In this document: positions 38,797 through 48,600 of the stretch, one piece after another
Layout: every line of letters starts with the position of its first letter
Numbering within the stretch: the first letter of the stretch is position 1
Source of the DNA: a virus
Lineage: Duplodnaviria; Heunggongvirae; Uroviricota; Caudoviricetes
Reading direction: 5' to 3' (one strand)
Length of the DNA: 64,000 bases
Virus record (IMG/VR): IMGVR_UViG_3300008987_000001
Program-made: the position numbers and the translations under genes
Notes under the pieces: generated by a model
Seen by the model: only the letters and a program-made list of their open reading frames with translations
Databases searched by the model: none
What the model was told of the DNA's origin: nothing

Positions 38797-39228
38797 ATGG
38801 AATTAGATACCCTGATATATAAACTACGGGATAAACTAAATGAGATAGGCATTGATCAATATGATGATAGATTAGCATACCGCGATCTTGAACATGCATA
38901 TGACACGCTTCTTATGATTGGTGATATGCTTGAAGTGGATATCACTGACACTACTGCATACCCCACATACAAAGTAGAGCGCTGCACTATCACTGTTGGA
39001 ACATATCATGCATACCGCAACTACACCAGACTTGCCGAAAAACAGATAGGTGCTCTCCCACAAGGTGCCCCACTAATTGTCGGTTATGATGTAATTGATG
39101 CGAAAAACTGCTTAACCCTACTATTTGGCGTCACATTCACCGATGAATTGATCCCAGAGATCGTAGAACACAACATGAATCCAGTGGTTGCCGGATCAAT
39201 GGGACCATCAATCCTTGATTATGAGTAA
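38797..39228 (+). CDS. Head-tail adaptor candidate
   Basis: Position after MCP; size; late promoter 30 nt upstream. Confidence 0.55.
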   Translation: MELDTLIYKLRDKLNEIGIDQYDDRLAYRDLEHAYDTLLMIGDMLEVDITDTTAYPTYKVERCTITVGTYHAYRNYTRLAEKQIGALPQGAPLIVGYDVIDAKNCLTLLFGVTFTDELIPEIVEHNMNPVVAGSMGPSILDYE

Positions 39229-39230
39229 GC

Positions 39231-40232
39231 ATGGTAGCAACAACATCTAAATTTAAACGACAGAGACCGGGAACAGCGACCCGTGAGTTCGTCTTAAATG
39301 TAGATCCCATTGTATTCAGGTCAAAACCATCAAAAAATAATGATATCAGGAGCATAATGGTATCAAAAAACGTATATTTTTACTCATCAGCAAAGTATAG
39401 AGTCCCTGCATCTTATAAATCTGAAGCAATACTCGTAGGACTCATGTCACAGCATATCCTTGGACTTATCCAGAAAGAAGCACAAAGACTCATGAAATTC
39501 TGGTACAACAATGTAAATATGTATTTTAATCGAAGGGCATATGGTATGGGACATGCTGGGGGACCAATGCGTGTAAAACGCCCACAATTAGGCAAAGTAA
39601 AGAACAACTACATTGCAAACTCCAGACAACACACAGGACAATTACGTCGCTCATTAACCCTCCGAACCATAAACATATACGGTGCTCAACTATATGCTCG
39701 TTCTGTCCATGCAAAAACAGATAATCGTGATTACATCGAAATACTAATGCATGGAGCAAAAGGTGGAGGAGCCTATAACCCAGCACTAGATCACCGTGTT
39801 AACCATGGAAGATGGGGTGGGATCCCTTCAACTTATTGGATGAGTTGGCAGCATCGATTCATGAGAGAAATCAGGAATTCGGAGACACGTATCCAGATCC
39901 AGATCGAAGCATATGTCGAAAAGATGCAAGTGTTAAGCAAGAAACAGATCAAGGCCGCTCGTGAAGGGTATAAATCCCGTGAATTTGACCGCGTGACCAC
40001 TGAAGATATGAAAAATATGCGTATAGAACTCGGTAAATCAAAATACAAGATCAATCAGGGACTTGAACCAATGACCGAAGAATATGCATATGATGAGACA
40101 TGGGAAGGCATGAAAGCCAAGTATTACGCAAAACAAATTGACAAAAATCCACTGACTGCTGCAATTGCTCAACCAGCCCAACTCAACGAAATCATCAAAC
40201 GTGCCCGCCGCAACAACAAAAGGGCCAGATAG
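39231..40232 (+). CDS. Basic neck/tail-completion protein (HK97 gp10-like core)
   Basis: HTGQLRRSL motif, YI..L..G.GG and terminal REIR helix; very R/K-rich. Confidence 0.5.
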   Translation: MVATTSKFKRQRPGTATREFVLNVDPIVFRSKPSKNNDIRSIMVSKNVYFYSSAKYRVPASYKSEAILVGLMSQHILGLIQKEAQRLMKFWYNNVNMYFNRRAYGMGHAGGPMRVKRPQLGKVKNNYIANSRQHTGQLRRSLTLRTINIYGAQLYARSVHAKTDNRDYIEILMHGAKGGGAYNPALDHRVNHGRWGGIPSTYWMSWQHRFMREIRNSETRIQIQIEAYVEKMQVLSKKQIKAAREGYKSREFDRVTTEDMKNMRIELGKSKYKINQGLEPMTEEYAYDETWEGMKAKYYAKQIDKNPLTAAIAQPAQLNEIIKRARRNNKRAR

Positions 40233-40327
40233 TGGAGGATAAGTAATAGTAGATATATTAATACCCCCCATTAATATTTGCACACCCCCTCATTATATAT
40301 AACTATGGGTAATAGTAAAATTGCCAC

Positions 40328-40723
40328 ATGGTTAAGAGAATCAGGCGAATTGCTGATTGTAAGACTGAAGTTGAGAAATCATTACGTGCATTAGGCTATG
40401 ACACCAACCCAGCAGATCAGAACTCCCTACATAACAAGGAATGTGTAGTGCTATATGATACCATAGATACCGAAGTATTTACCCAAGAAGAATACGATCA
40501 CAAAGTATACATCACCATTGATCTATGCATCGATAATAATAATGAGATCCCAGACACGATCATTGAGATTGTAAAAAATGTAACTGATGATGTGGAAGAA
40601 TCAGAAGTCCCATGGTGTACATCATTCCAATTTACAAACACTTCCATTACAAAACTAGGAACTACACATCTTGCTCACCTCATCGCTTATTATGAACCAA
40701 TTATCGATTGGGTAACAAGTTAA
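40328..40723 (+). CDS. Tail terminator candidate
   Basis: Acidic 131-aa protein immediately upstream of the tail tube gene. Confidence 0.55.
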   Translation: MVKRIRRIADCKTEVEKSLRALGYDTNPADQNSLHNKECVVLYDTIDTEVFTQEEYDHKVYITIDLCIDNNNEIPDTIIEIVKNVTDDVEESEVPWCTSFQFTNTSITKLGTTHLAHLIAYYEPIIDWVTS

Positions 40724-40748
40724 TATTAAACACCCCACACTATTTATA

Positions 40749-40770
40749 CCCCCTTTATATATTGTCAAAA
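40749..40770 (+). promoter_or_regulatory. Late promoter motif CCCCCTTTATATATTGTCAAAA (major tail tube gene)
   Basis: Best match to the consensus. Confidence 0.7.
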
Positions 40771-40821
40771 GCAGCGTTTTATCGAGCCTCTACAACCTAG
40801 CGCTAGAGGAGGTATAGAACC

Positions 40822-41979
40822 ATGGTTAATAAGCGAGAAATTTGTATCACGCAGGATCCCTTTGCATACGATGCAACTGAAATCGATTCTTATAATATCC
40901 TTGATGGATACAATGTAAGCACCGATCTTCTTGAGTATCAGGATGCAGGACATGCGGATAGTGAAACATTCAAAACACTTCGTGTTCAGTCACAGGACGA
41001 GCGGGTAAGCCGTGAGACCATTATCGAAGAATCAACTGATCAGGTCGCCGCAGCATCTATCTTTGGTGGAACCATCAATTTAACTGGTGGATTTACTGGA
41101 GCATGGAGAGGTTACGACTTCCACAGTTCAGGTCTTCTCATGGGTATCATGGGCTACCAGACCGTAGCAACTGTAGCAAACCCTGCTGGATCTTATGAAG
41201 CAAGTGGATTTGCCACAGGACATCGATATGAATTCGCAATGGTCCCATCCACACTTGCTATCAAGATTGTCGATGAACAGGCAAACGCTGGTGGTGGAGT
41301 TACCCGTGTCTACCGTGGCGTAGGAATTACACAGGCAAACATCAGTCTGCGAGCCAAGCAGTATGTCACAATGGATGCCCAGTGGATGGCACGTCGTGTC
41401 GAAGTATTCGATCTTCCATACCCATCATCTACCGAACCAAGTGGAGATCCGGCACTGTTCTATAATGCAGTGTTAAAGTGGACCCCAACTGGTGGATCCG
41501 TTGAAACCTTCAAATGTCAGGAATTCACTATGAATGTCAACCGTCCAATCGACACTGACGATTTCATGATCGGTTCACAGTTCCTGAACAGTTTAACCTA
41601 CAACGGCCTGACTGATCTTGGTGGTAACATTACGCTCTCTCCATCTGACTGGGACAAACTCCGTGCCATGATGGCAGGAACCACTGACGATACCATTAAC
41701 ACCCTTGATGAAGGTCGCAGAGAATTCTTTGGTGAAGTAACCAACACAACCACGACCACTGTCCTTGCAAACGATATCCCAAGTGGAAAACTTGAGATCT
41801 TCCTGCATAAGCCAGATGGTTCACAGGTAGTCGGTAAAATCACTGCAGATGTCTGTAAACTGACCGAAGCAAGTGCAAGTGCACAGGGTCGTCAGAAATA
41901 CACTAAAACCGTTAACTGGAAAGCAGTCATCAACAACACCAACAAATTCTATGTTGATGTCTGGGAACCAACTGCATAA
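40822..41979 (+). CDS. Major tail tube protein
   Basis: 385 aa; MCP-like codon bias; TAIK..DE...RVYRG and FTMNVNRP...GGNITL motifs; own promoter. Confidence 0.75.
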   Translation: MVNKREICITQDPFAYDATEIDSYNILDGYNVSTDLLEYQDAGHADSETFKTLRVQSQDERVSRETIIEESTDQVAAASIFGGTINLTGGFTGAWRGYDFHSSGLLMGIMGYQTVATVANPAGSYEASGFATGHRYEFAMVPSTLAIKIVDEQANAGGGVTRVYRGVGITQANISLRAKQYVTMDAQWMARRVEVFDLPYPSSTEPSGDPALFYNAVLKWTPTGGSVETFKCQEFTMNVNRPIDTDDFMIGSQFLNSLTYNGLTDLGGNITLSPSDWDKLRAMMAGTTDDTINTLDEGRREFFGEVTNTTTTTVLANDIPSGKLEIFLHKPDGSQVVGKITADVCKLTEASASAQGRQKYTKTVNWKAVINNTNKFYVDVWEPTA

Positions 41980-41983
41980 TAAT

Positions 41984-42000
41984 CATCCATCTTTTTTTTA
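41984..42000 (+). terminator. Archaeal oligo-T terminator after the major tail tube gene
   Basis: CATCCATCTTTTTTTTA directly after the stop; a similar CCCCCTTTTTTATT follows the MCP gene at about 37845. Confidence 0.5.
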
Positions 42001-42053
42001 CACTCCTATATTATATAAATAGTAAAGTATCGAACAGTTTTGGAGATGCTTTA

Positions 42054-42836
42054 TTGACTCGTGGTATATCAATAACAATGGATGGATCATCTGCCGTATC
42101 ACTTCCTGTAATAAATGCTTCAATATCATATAGTCAGGAAGTTGCTAACGAACCATCAATTACCGGAATTGGAAATGAAAATATATATACTGGTGTCATA
42201 AGTGGTATACAGGGCAGTTTTAGTGGTACATTGCGACCAGATTTTGCAACTTATCTTGTCGATATGATAGAATCCCCCACACAATCACCAAAAACATTCA
42301 TAGTTCAGGATGATAGTGGGACTGGGTTCACCGTAATAGATGGATACCTGACTGTTGCAGAAATATCAGTCAAAGTTGGAGAACTAGTTAAGATATCATG
42401 TGAATTCGTGGGTCGTGACATTAAAAGAGAAGGGACTGTCGATCCAGCATCATATTCAGATAGTGGACCAACGCCTTATTATCTAGTAGGATCGTCCAGT
42501 TACTCTGCTATGTCTATAAAGATTGAACGGCCATATGCTGCAAATATATTCGTTCTAGGAGAATCGTCAACATATGGAGGAGTATCCCATAAACCATCAA
42601 AATATATATACCAGTCAGGAGACATGTCCATTGGTGGATCATATACATTGGCACAGCGAACTGCAAACCCAAGTTTAGCATCAATAGCATCCATGAATCT
42701 GGTATGCAATGGTATCACGTTCACTATAAATGGAATGAAAATAATAACGGCAAATTCAATCACTATAAATGGAAGAGGTCTTGTAAATAAGACATATGAT
42801 TGGAAAGCATCATCCCTATCACTTACCATAACATAG
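42054..42836 (+). CDS. Tail tube-like paralogue 2 (TTG start)
   Basis: MTRGIS N-terminus matches MARGIS of paralogue 3; SIKIERP...FVLG...YQSG...GGSYTL. Confidence 0.65.
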   Translation: MTRGISITMDGSSAVSLPVINASISYSQEVANEPSITGIGNENIYTGVISGIQGSFSGTLRPDFATYLVDMIESPTQSPKTFIVQDDSGTGFTVIDGYLTVAEISVKVGELVKISCEFVGRDIKREGTVDPASYSDSGPTPYYLVGSSSYSAMSIKIERPYAANIFVLGESSTYGGVSHKPSKYIYQSGDMSIGGSYTLAQRTANPSLASIASMNLVCNGITFTINGMKIITANSITINGRGLVNKTYDWKASSLSLTIT

Positions 42837-42884
42837 ATATATATAATGTAAATGTGCATTCGCCTCAATAAGAGGCAATAAAAT

Positions 42885-43625
42885 ATGGCACGAGGAATAT
42901 CAGTCGGTGGTACATCATTACCAGTCACTGACGCATCATTAAGTTTTTCAAAAGATCCAATATTTGAACAATCAATGAGTGGTCTTGGTGGAGAAACCCT
43001 ATATAGTGGAGTTATTGGTTCGGTCCAAGGTTCATTCAGTGGTGCAATGCGAGAAGATGTTGTAAATGCTGCAAAAACAATATTAGAGGTATCACCCGCG
43101 ACAACAACAATCATTGTATTAGGAGAAGGTGGAGCACTCACCGCATCAAGTTGCTACATCTCATCATTGGAGATTGCAGTAAAAGCAGGAGAACTTGCTA
43201 AAATATCAGCATCATTTGTCGGGCAATCTGTCGCTGCTGGAGGATCTGTTGGATCTGCTGATTATTCTGGAGAAGTCCCAGTGTTTTATAACTCATCAAC
43301 TGACTTTGGAACTTGCTCTGGCTTCAGTATTAAGATTGATCGCCCATATAGTGCAGATGATTTCGTCCTTGGTGATCAAACTGGTATTTCTCAATCAATA
43401 TATCAAAGTGGAGAAACAAAAGTCACAGGAACCATAACATTATCACAAACTGCTGCAGTAACTACTAGTGATCAAGCATCATTAAGTTTCACTCTTGGAT
43501 CATTTACTATTGGTGTCGCAAATGCAGCCGTGAATACTGGTGCCGAAGTATCAGTGAATGGTAGGGGACTCGTAGGCAAAACATATAGTTGGGCTGCTGC
43601 ATCAGATGATGTGACCATAACATGA
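42885..43625 (+). CDS. Tail tube-like paralogue 3
   Basis: FSIKIDRP..ADDFVLG...YQSG...TGTITL. Confidence 0.65.
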   Translation: MARGISVGGTSLPVTDASLSFSKDPIFEQSMSGLGGETLYSGVIGSVQGSFSGAMREDVVNAAKTILEVSPATTTIIVLGEGGALTASSCYISSLEIAVKAGELAKISASFVGQSVAAGGSVGSADYSGEVPVFYNSSTDFGTCSGFSIKIDRPYSADDFVLGDQTGISQSIYQSGETKVTGTITLSQTAAVTTSDQASLSFTLGSFTIGVANAAVNTGAEVSVNGRGLVGKTYSWAAASDDVTIT

Positions 43626-43724
43626 AGTTTTAACTTAACCCAATTATATTTATGAGGTATAAAACTTAATGGCATCATGTAATAATTATATAAACACAGT
43701 TATATTTGTGGGGTACAAAACTTA

Positions 43725-44591
43725 ATGTCAACTATACGTGGCTTGGCACTTGATACTACCGGTATTGCTATAACGGATGGTTCATACCAAGTCAATCGTA
43801 ATTTAATCAGTGAAGATGCTGCCAATATACCAGGGGAGCCCCAAATATACGGCGGTATCTATGCTGTAAATGGCTCATTCAGTGCTGCATATCGCCCACA
43901 AACACTCAATACATTCATTGAGAGTGGCATACTTGGTAAAACTGGGGGTGGTGTATCAGATACATTCACCCATTATGACATCACACTTGGCAACGAACTA
44001 GACAAAACATGGACATTTGCATCATGTGCCCTAACAAGTTGCGAGATATCCATGCAGGCTGGTCAATACAGTAAGTGCAATTTCGAGTGGATCGGTACCT
44101 ATAAGAAGTTAACAGACACCACGATCCCAGCAGCAGATTACACCAAAGAACCAACGCTATTCTACAATGCCTATTTAGATAACATAAAGTGCAGAGGTAT
44201 CACTTTCAGAATAGATCGTCCATTGGGTGCAGATGATACCATTCTGGGATCCGAGTATAGCCAGAGCCTTGTACAAACAGACAATCTCACTGTTGGAGGA
44301 ACTATCACCTTATCAAACAAAGATTACACTTTACTTGACGAAGTATTATACACCACAGATGAAGCAAATTGGAACAACGATGATCCCAAGAACAACACAA
44401 CCTACTTTGGAGATCTCACTGTAAAGTTTAGAAACCCCGCAGGAACCATCGATATGTGCGAAATATACATTGACGAGATCCACGTTCAGGAACTTGATGT
44501 GTCTGTAACCGGATTACAACGATTCGAGAAAACTATCCAGTGGAAGGCAAAAACCACAGATACACTCGGAATAACCTTTACAACCCCATAA
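43725..44591 (+). CDS. Tail tube-like paralogue 4
   Basis: ITFRIDRP..ADDTILG...GGTITLS; C-terminal G...FEKTIQWKA resembles the C-terminus of the major tube protein (G...YTKTVNWKA). Confidence 0.65.
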   Translation: MSTIRGLALDTTGIAITDGSYQVNRNLISEDAANIPGEPQIYGGIYAVNGSFSAAYRPQTLNTFIESGILGKTGGGVSDTFTHYDITLGNELDKTWTFASCALTSCEISMQAGQYSKCNFEWIGTYKKLTDTTIPAADYTKEPTLFYNAYLDNIKCRGITFRIDRPLGADDTILGSEYSQSLVQTDNLTVGGTITLSNKDYTLLDEVLYTTDEANWNNDDPKNNTTYFGDLTVKFRNPAGTIDMCEIYIDEIHVQELDVSVTGLQRFEKTIQWKAKTTDTLGITFTTP

Positions 44592-44645
44592 ACCAACTAT
44601 TTTTACACACTATTAACACTATGCTCACTCTTTATATAAGGTAAA

Positions 44646-45038
44646 ATGGTAGCATTGGGCATGGTAAAGAAATCTAGTGGTCCAAAAGAGATTACAGTAA
44701 AAACCGACAATGACACATATACACTAAAAGTCCCAACTGGAGCACTCGGCTGGAAACACTTCAGATTACTCATGGAGATTGAGAACGAACGCCGCAATTC
44801 AATCGTCGAGAAACGCCCAAATCCTGAAACAGGTGAACTTGAAGACGTTATGCTTCCAAATCCAAAGTTAGATGAACTCATGATAACTGTCATGGACAAA
44901 TGGATGGATCAAATCATGCCACACATCTGTATAAGCCACGATTTTGAAGAAATACCATGGGTCGAAATTTTGGTTATATTTAACAGCATATGCTCCAATT
45001 CGTCAATCGACACGAGCAACTTTCGCGATCTTCAGTAA
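44646..45038 (+). CDS. Tail assembly chaperone (lambda gpG-like; start may be 44661)
   Basis: Between tube genes and TMP; overlapped by a +1-frame ORF. Confidence 0.7.
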   Translation: MVALGMVKKSSGPKEITVKTDNDTYTLKVPTGALGWKHFRLLMEIENERRNSIVEKRPNPETGELEDVMLPNPKLDELMITVMDKWMDQIMPHICISHDFEEIPWVEILVIFNSICSNSSIDTSNFRDLQ

Positions 45039-45261
45039 TCAGGAATATCTTGACGGCACATATCAATTTCTCGATCCTGATGAATATGAAGATAGAACGG
45101 ATGAATACCTCCAAGCAATTGGATTTTTGGCCCTCATGAGTGGGAGATTACCATCAGAAATATTCGACGACGATAACTGGAATGAAACAATTCTCTTCAA
45201 CCTTCGCGTATCAAACAGTGTATTCCGCGTAATCCTCGATGTGCTGAAATTACGCATGTGA
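45021..45261 (+). CDS. Frameshift-accessed C-terminal part of the tail assembly chaperone (gpT-like)
   Basis: TTT_CGC at 45021-45026 just before the gpG stop; the +1 frame is open to 45261 with protein-like sequence AIFSNQEYLDG...ALMSGRLPSEIF. Confidence 0.6.
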
Positions 45262-45291
45262 ACATTTATATACTAGCACAACATATATAAT

Positions 45292-45347
45292 GTGCCCACA
45301 ACGACAAAGTATAGGAGGGAGACCTTCTTCCTCTTTATTTTGTTAAG
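45292..45347 (+). ncRNA. Putative small RNA, family member 5
   Basis: TTTATATA at 45265; GTGCCCACAACGACAAAGTATAGGAGGGAGACCTTCTTCC; TTTTGTTAAG. Confidence 0.5.
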
Positions 45348-45590
45348 CATCTATTGTTCCGTTATGAAGCCCGCCTGTCCACCGCGTTAAGCACCGCCTC
45401 GCAATGTCAAATCTACAAGAATAGCGACCCGACCCAGCCACTCTTGACAAAATGAAAAGATAAAAGGAGTGTCCAATTCCAATTATCTGGGTTTCAAATT
45501 TTTGTCATTGTCCTGGTCAGACAAGTATACATTGTACATACTATTATATAAGTGTTTTGTAATTATACCATTTCTCATATATAACACTTT

Positions 45591-45608
45591 CCCTTTATAT
45601 ATTGTAAA
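45591..45608 (+). promoter_or_regulatory. Late promoter motif CCCTTTATATATTGTAAA (TMP gene)
   Basis: 32 nt upstream of ATG 45626. Confidence 0.7.
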
Positions 45609-45625
45609 GTAATATACAATCACTT

Positions 45626-48600
45626 ATGGCTGATCGTGCAACAATTGACACAATGAATAAAGTGCTGGATAATTTATTCGGGGGTAAGAAATATGCAGGT
45701 GGAACTCCTCAAGGTGTAAGTCCACCGGGTCGTGGTAATCCTACACAATCTCAAGATAGACTCAAAGAATATGTTGATGAGTTATTGTTAGCAGGAATGA
45801 ATCCACGTGAAGTATCCAATATGCTTGCATCATCCCATGCTACTATGAAGGGTAGAGCATCTGATGAGTTATATATTAAGCAGATGACTAATGATCTGCA
45901 AAAGCATGTACAGTCAAGGCAGCAACCATTAAAACCAGAGATTCAGTCATTTCAAGCATCAAGAAATCCCACAGTGTCAAACTTTTTGAAAATAGCAGCA
46001 ACGAAAGGCCATACTGTTGATATTGATAATGTAATTAAGGCATTTGGAATTAATGATCCGAGAATGGTAGAATCGTATAAAAATGAAGCATATGCAGCAC
46101 GATCACAAAATGCATTTCCAAGATTGATAAATTTTCTTAAGCAATTTCAAAATGATCCAGCCAAACTTGCATCCACATTACGTACGTTGAAACAGGTAAA
46201 AACTAATAATCCGATATTTGAGCAGATATCTGGGATACCACAGTTAGGAAATACTGTAGCACGCCAAGTAAGAATGCTTGTAAAAGCAACTGAAACTGGA
46301 CTTGGATCTTCTGGTATGGGATTAAGTCAGTCCCAAATGCGAAATTATACAAAATCATCTACACCATTAGCCAATCTTTCATCCATCTCATTACCAAGCA
46401 ATCCAGCAGCATCAACACAGCGATTAGCAGCACAGTTTGTTGCAGAACAGAAGCGTCAACAGGCCATGCAACAGGCATCAAGTGTGGGTCAATCAATAAG
46501 CCGAACGAATTTTCTCAAATCATTATCAAGACAATCCAAGGCACCAAGTCAGCCTGTTATGCCAAATTTAAACTTCATGGGTTCACGGGGTACCCACCCA
46601 GTTAATCTACGTGACAAATTGATGTCAAGTTCAGCAGGTCGATGGCTTGGTTCCAAAAGTGATCAAATTAAACGAGTTGGAGAATCAGTAGGGTTTGGTC
46701 TTGGAACCGGAGCATTAGGTTATGGTGCATTCCAATTAGCAAATATTGGCAGTCAGGCCATTGGTGCATTTGGCAGTGATATTGCAAGGATGCTGATGGG
46801 CTTTAATCGAGGCGGATCGATCCCATCCTATGCATATGGTGGGGATCCACTTCGGAATATCCATTTAACGAAGTCCCCAGAGTCAGCATCTAAATTGATT
46901 GGTTCAAATGTAGTAAATTCATTACAATCTGATGCAAATAGCACAGGACTATATGGATTACTTCAATCAATGATAAAGTCTGGCTCAACTGATGCTTCAT
47001 TCCGTGGTTTATTCTACAGAAAGGGGTTAGATGCTAATACATGGGTGGAAAAAGTCCATCAGATGAAATTACAACAAGCATCAACCTTCATGAATGGGTA
47101 CTTTGCTAGTGGTGGGCAAATCCCGAAATATATGGCTGGTACACCCAATGGCACCCCATTTAACTTCAGGCACTTCAATATCGGTCGTAATAGTAAGTTC
47201 ATTAAGCAGATGTATGATGCCAGTGCTCCATTGATGAATGATTCTGATGGTCAGTATCAGATGTTCAGGGCCATTGAAAATAAAAAGATGGGGCCCAAGG
47301 ATTTTGGATTATTCACTGCACAACATGGTGTAAATCCAGTTAGTGCCTTAAGTTATCAGTCTGATGGTAGCGGTATCGAGATGACTGATCTTGGTACCCA
47401 CCCAGCATTTCAGGGTAAGGGATTAGCCACCTCACTTATTAGCAAACTATTTGATCAAGGGCAGTCCATGGGTGTTGATTCTGCATATTGGAGTGCAAAG
47501 GATGATAATTCAGCAGGATTTTACAATCATTTAGGTGCAAATAACGAGGGCAATAATTCATTCTCATTTGATTTATCCAAATGGAAAGGTCGCTTTGCAT
47601 TCGGCGGTGACACATTCAATAGTCCATTAGCAAATGGTCCCAATGCTCAATTAAGTGCTGATGCTGTGAAACGCCTACAATTATTACGTATTCGTGCCCA
47701 ATCAGGCCAACGTTTAGCCAATCTTCGTGATCAGGCTCAACTCAACATGCAATTGGGTAATACCAGTTTATTCCGGTCACCTAACACTGCAGCAGGCGTG
47801 ATCAATGAACGGGTCATTCGCAATTTGCAATCACGATTCAGTGGACAGCCCATGGGTAAATTTGCTACCGGTGGATCCATCTACGGCCCTGCAGATATAC
47901 CCATGTTGAGTGGTTTATTAGCCCCCGATCAACAAGAACATGTATCTCGCTCCATGGATATTGCTCATGGGATATTTGGACAGATGGGTAAAACCAAGTT
48001 AAATCCACATGTCCTTGATCAAGCCTTACAACTTCACGATATTGCCAAGGAAGCAGATCCAGCCAAACATGGAAACTTTGCCTCACGATTCATCAAACAG
48101 TCTAATATACTGAAGGGATCACCCTATGAAAGCCTTGTATCATTCCTTGTTGATAAGCATCAAGGGACAAACATGCCCAAGATATCAGGCTTTGGTAAAG
48201 GTGATCAAAAGCAACTCAAGGGCCTCATCCCACTCATGCGGATTGCTGATACGTTATCCCGTGGTACATTTGATCAACTGCCTATATCCTTTGGTAAGTC
48301 TGGAAAGATGAAACTGGCTGATGTCGATCTTGGTTTGTCTAAAAAGAAGATGTCAAGACTCCAAACCAGCATCAACGCATATAACAAGAATGCAATGGGA
48401 TATGCAACGGGTGGGCCATCATATAACAACCCTATTCGTGTATCTGATGGTGAGTTAGCCATACCACGTGGGATGGTTGATAAGATTGGGCTATCTGCAC
48501 TTCGTCGGATCAATGCAGGTGATATGTCAGCCATTGGATCATTTGCATCTGGCGGTTTAATGGAATTTAATGGGCCAGGTACAGGCACGAGTGATTCAAT

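Noticed and set aside
40822-44591. Contractile sheath (myovirus) interpretation of the extra tail genes
   Set aside because: All four ORFs share tube-like motifs and are 246-385 aa. No sheath-like or baseplate J/wedge-like gene was recognised.
45355-45400. tRNA-Met-like GGCGGGCT(T)CATAAC on the minus strand
   Set aside because: There is an extra base in the loop, no closing anticodon stem and no T arm or acceptor stem. Ribozyme (twister/hammerhead) core motifs were also not matched.
12983-45452. TTGACA hexamers as bacterial sigma70 -35 boxes (bacterial host)
   Set aside because: No TATAAT-like -10 at 16-18 bp. The histone, TATA spacing and SD types point to an archaeal host.
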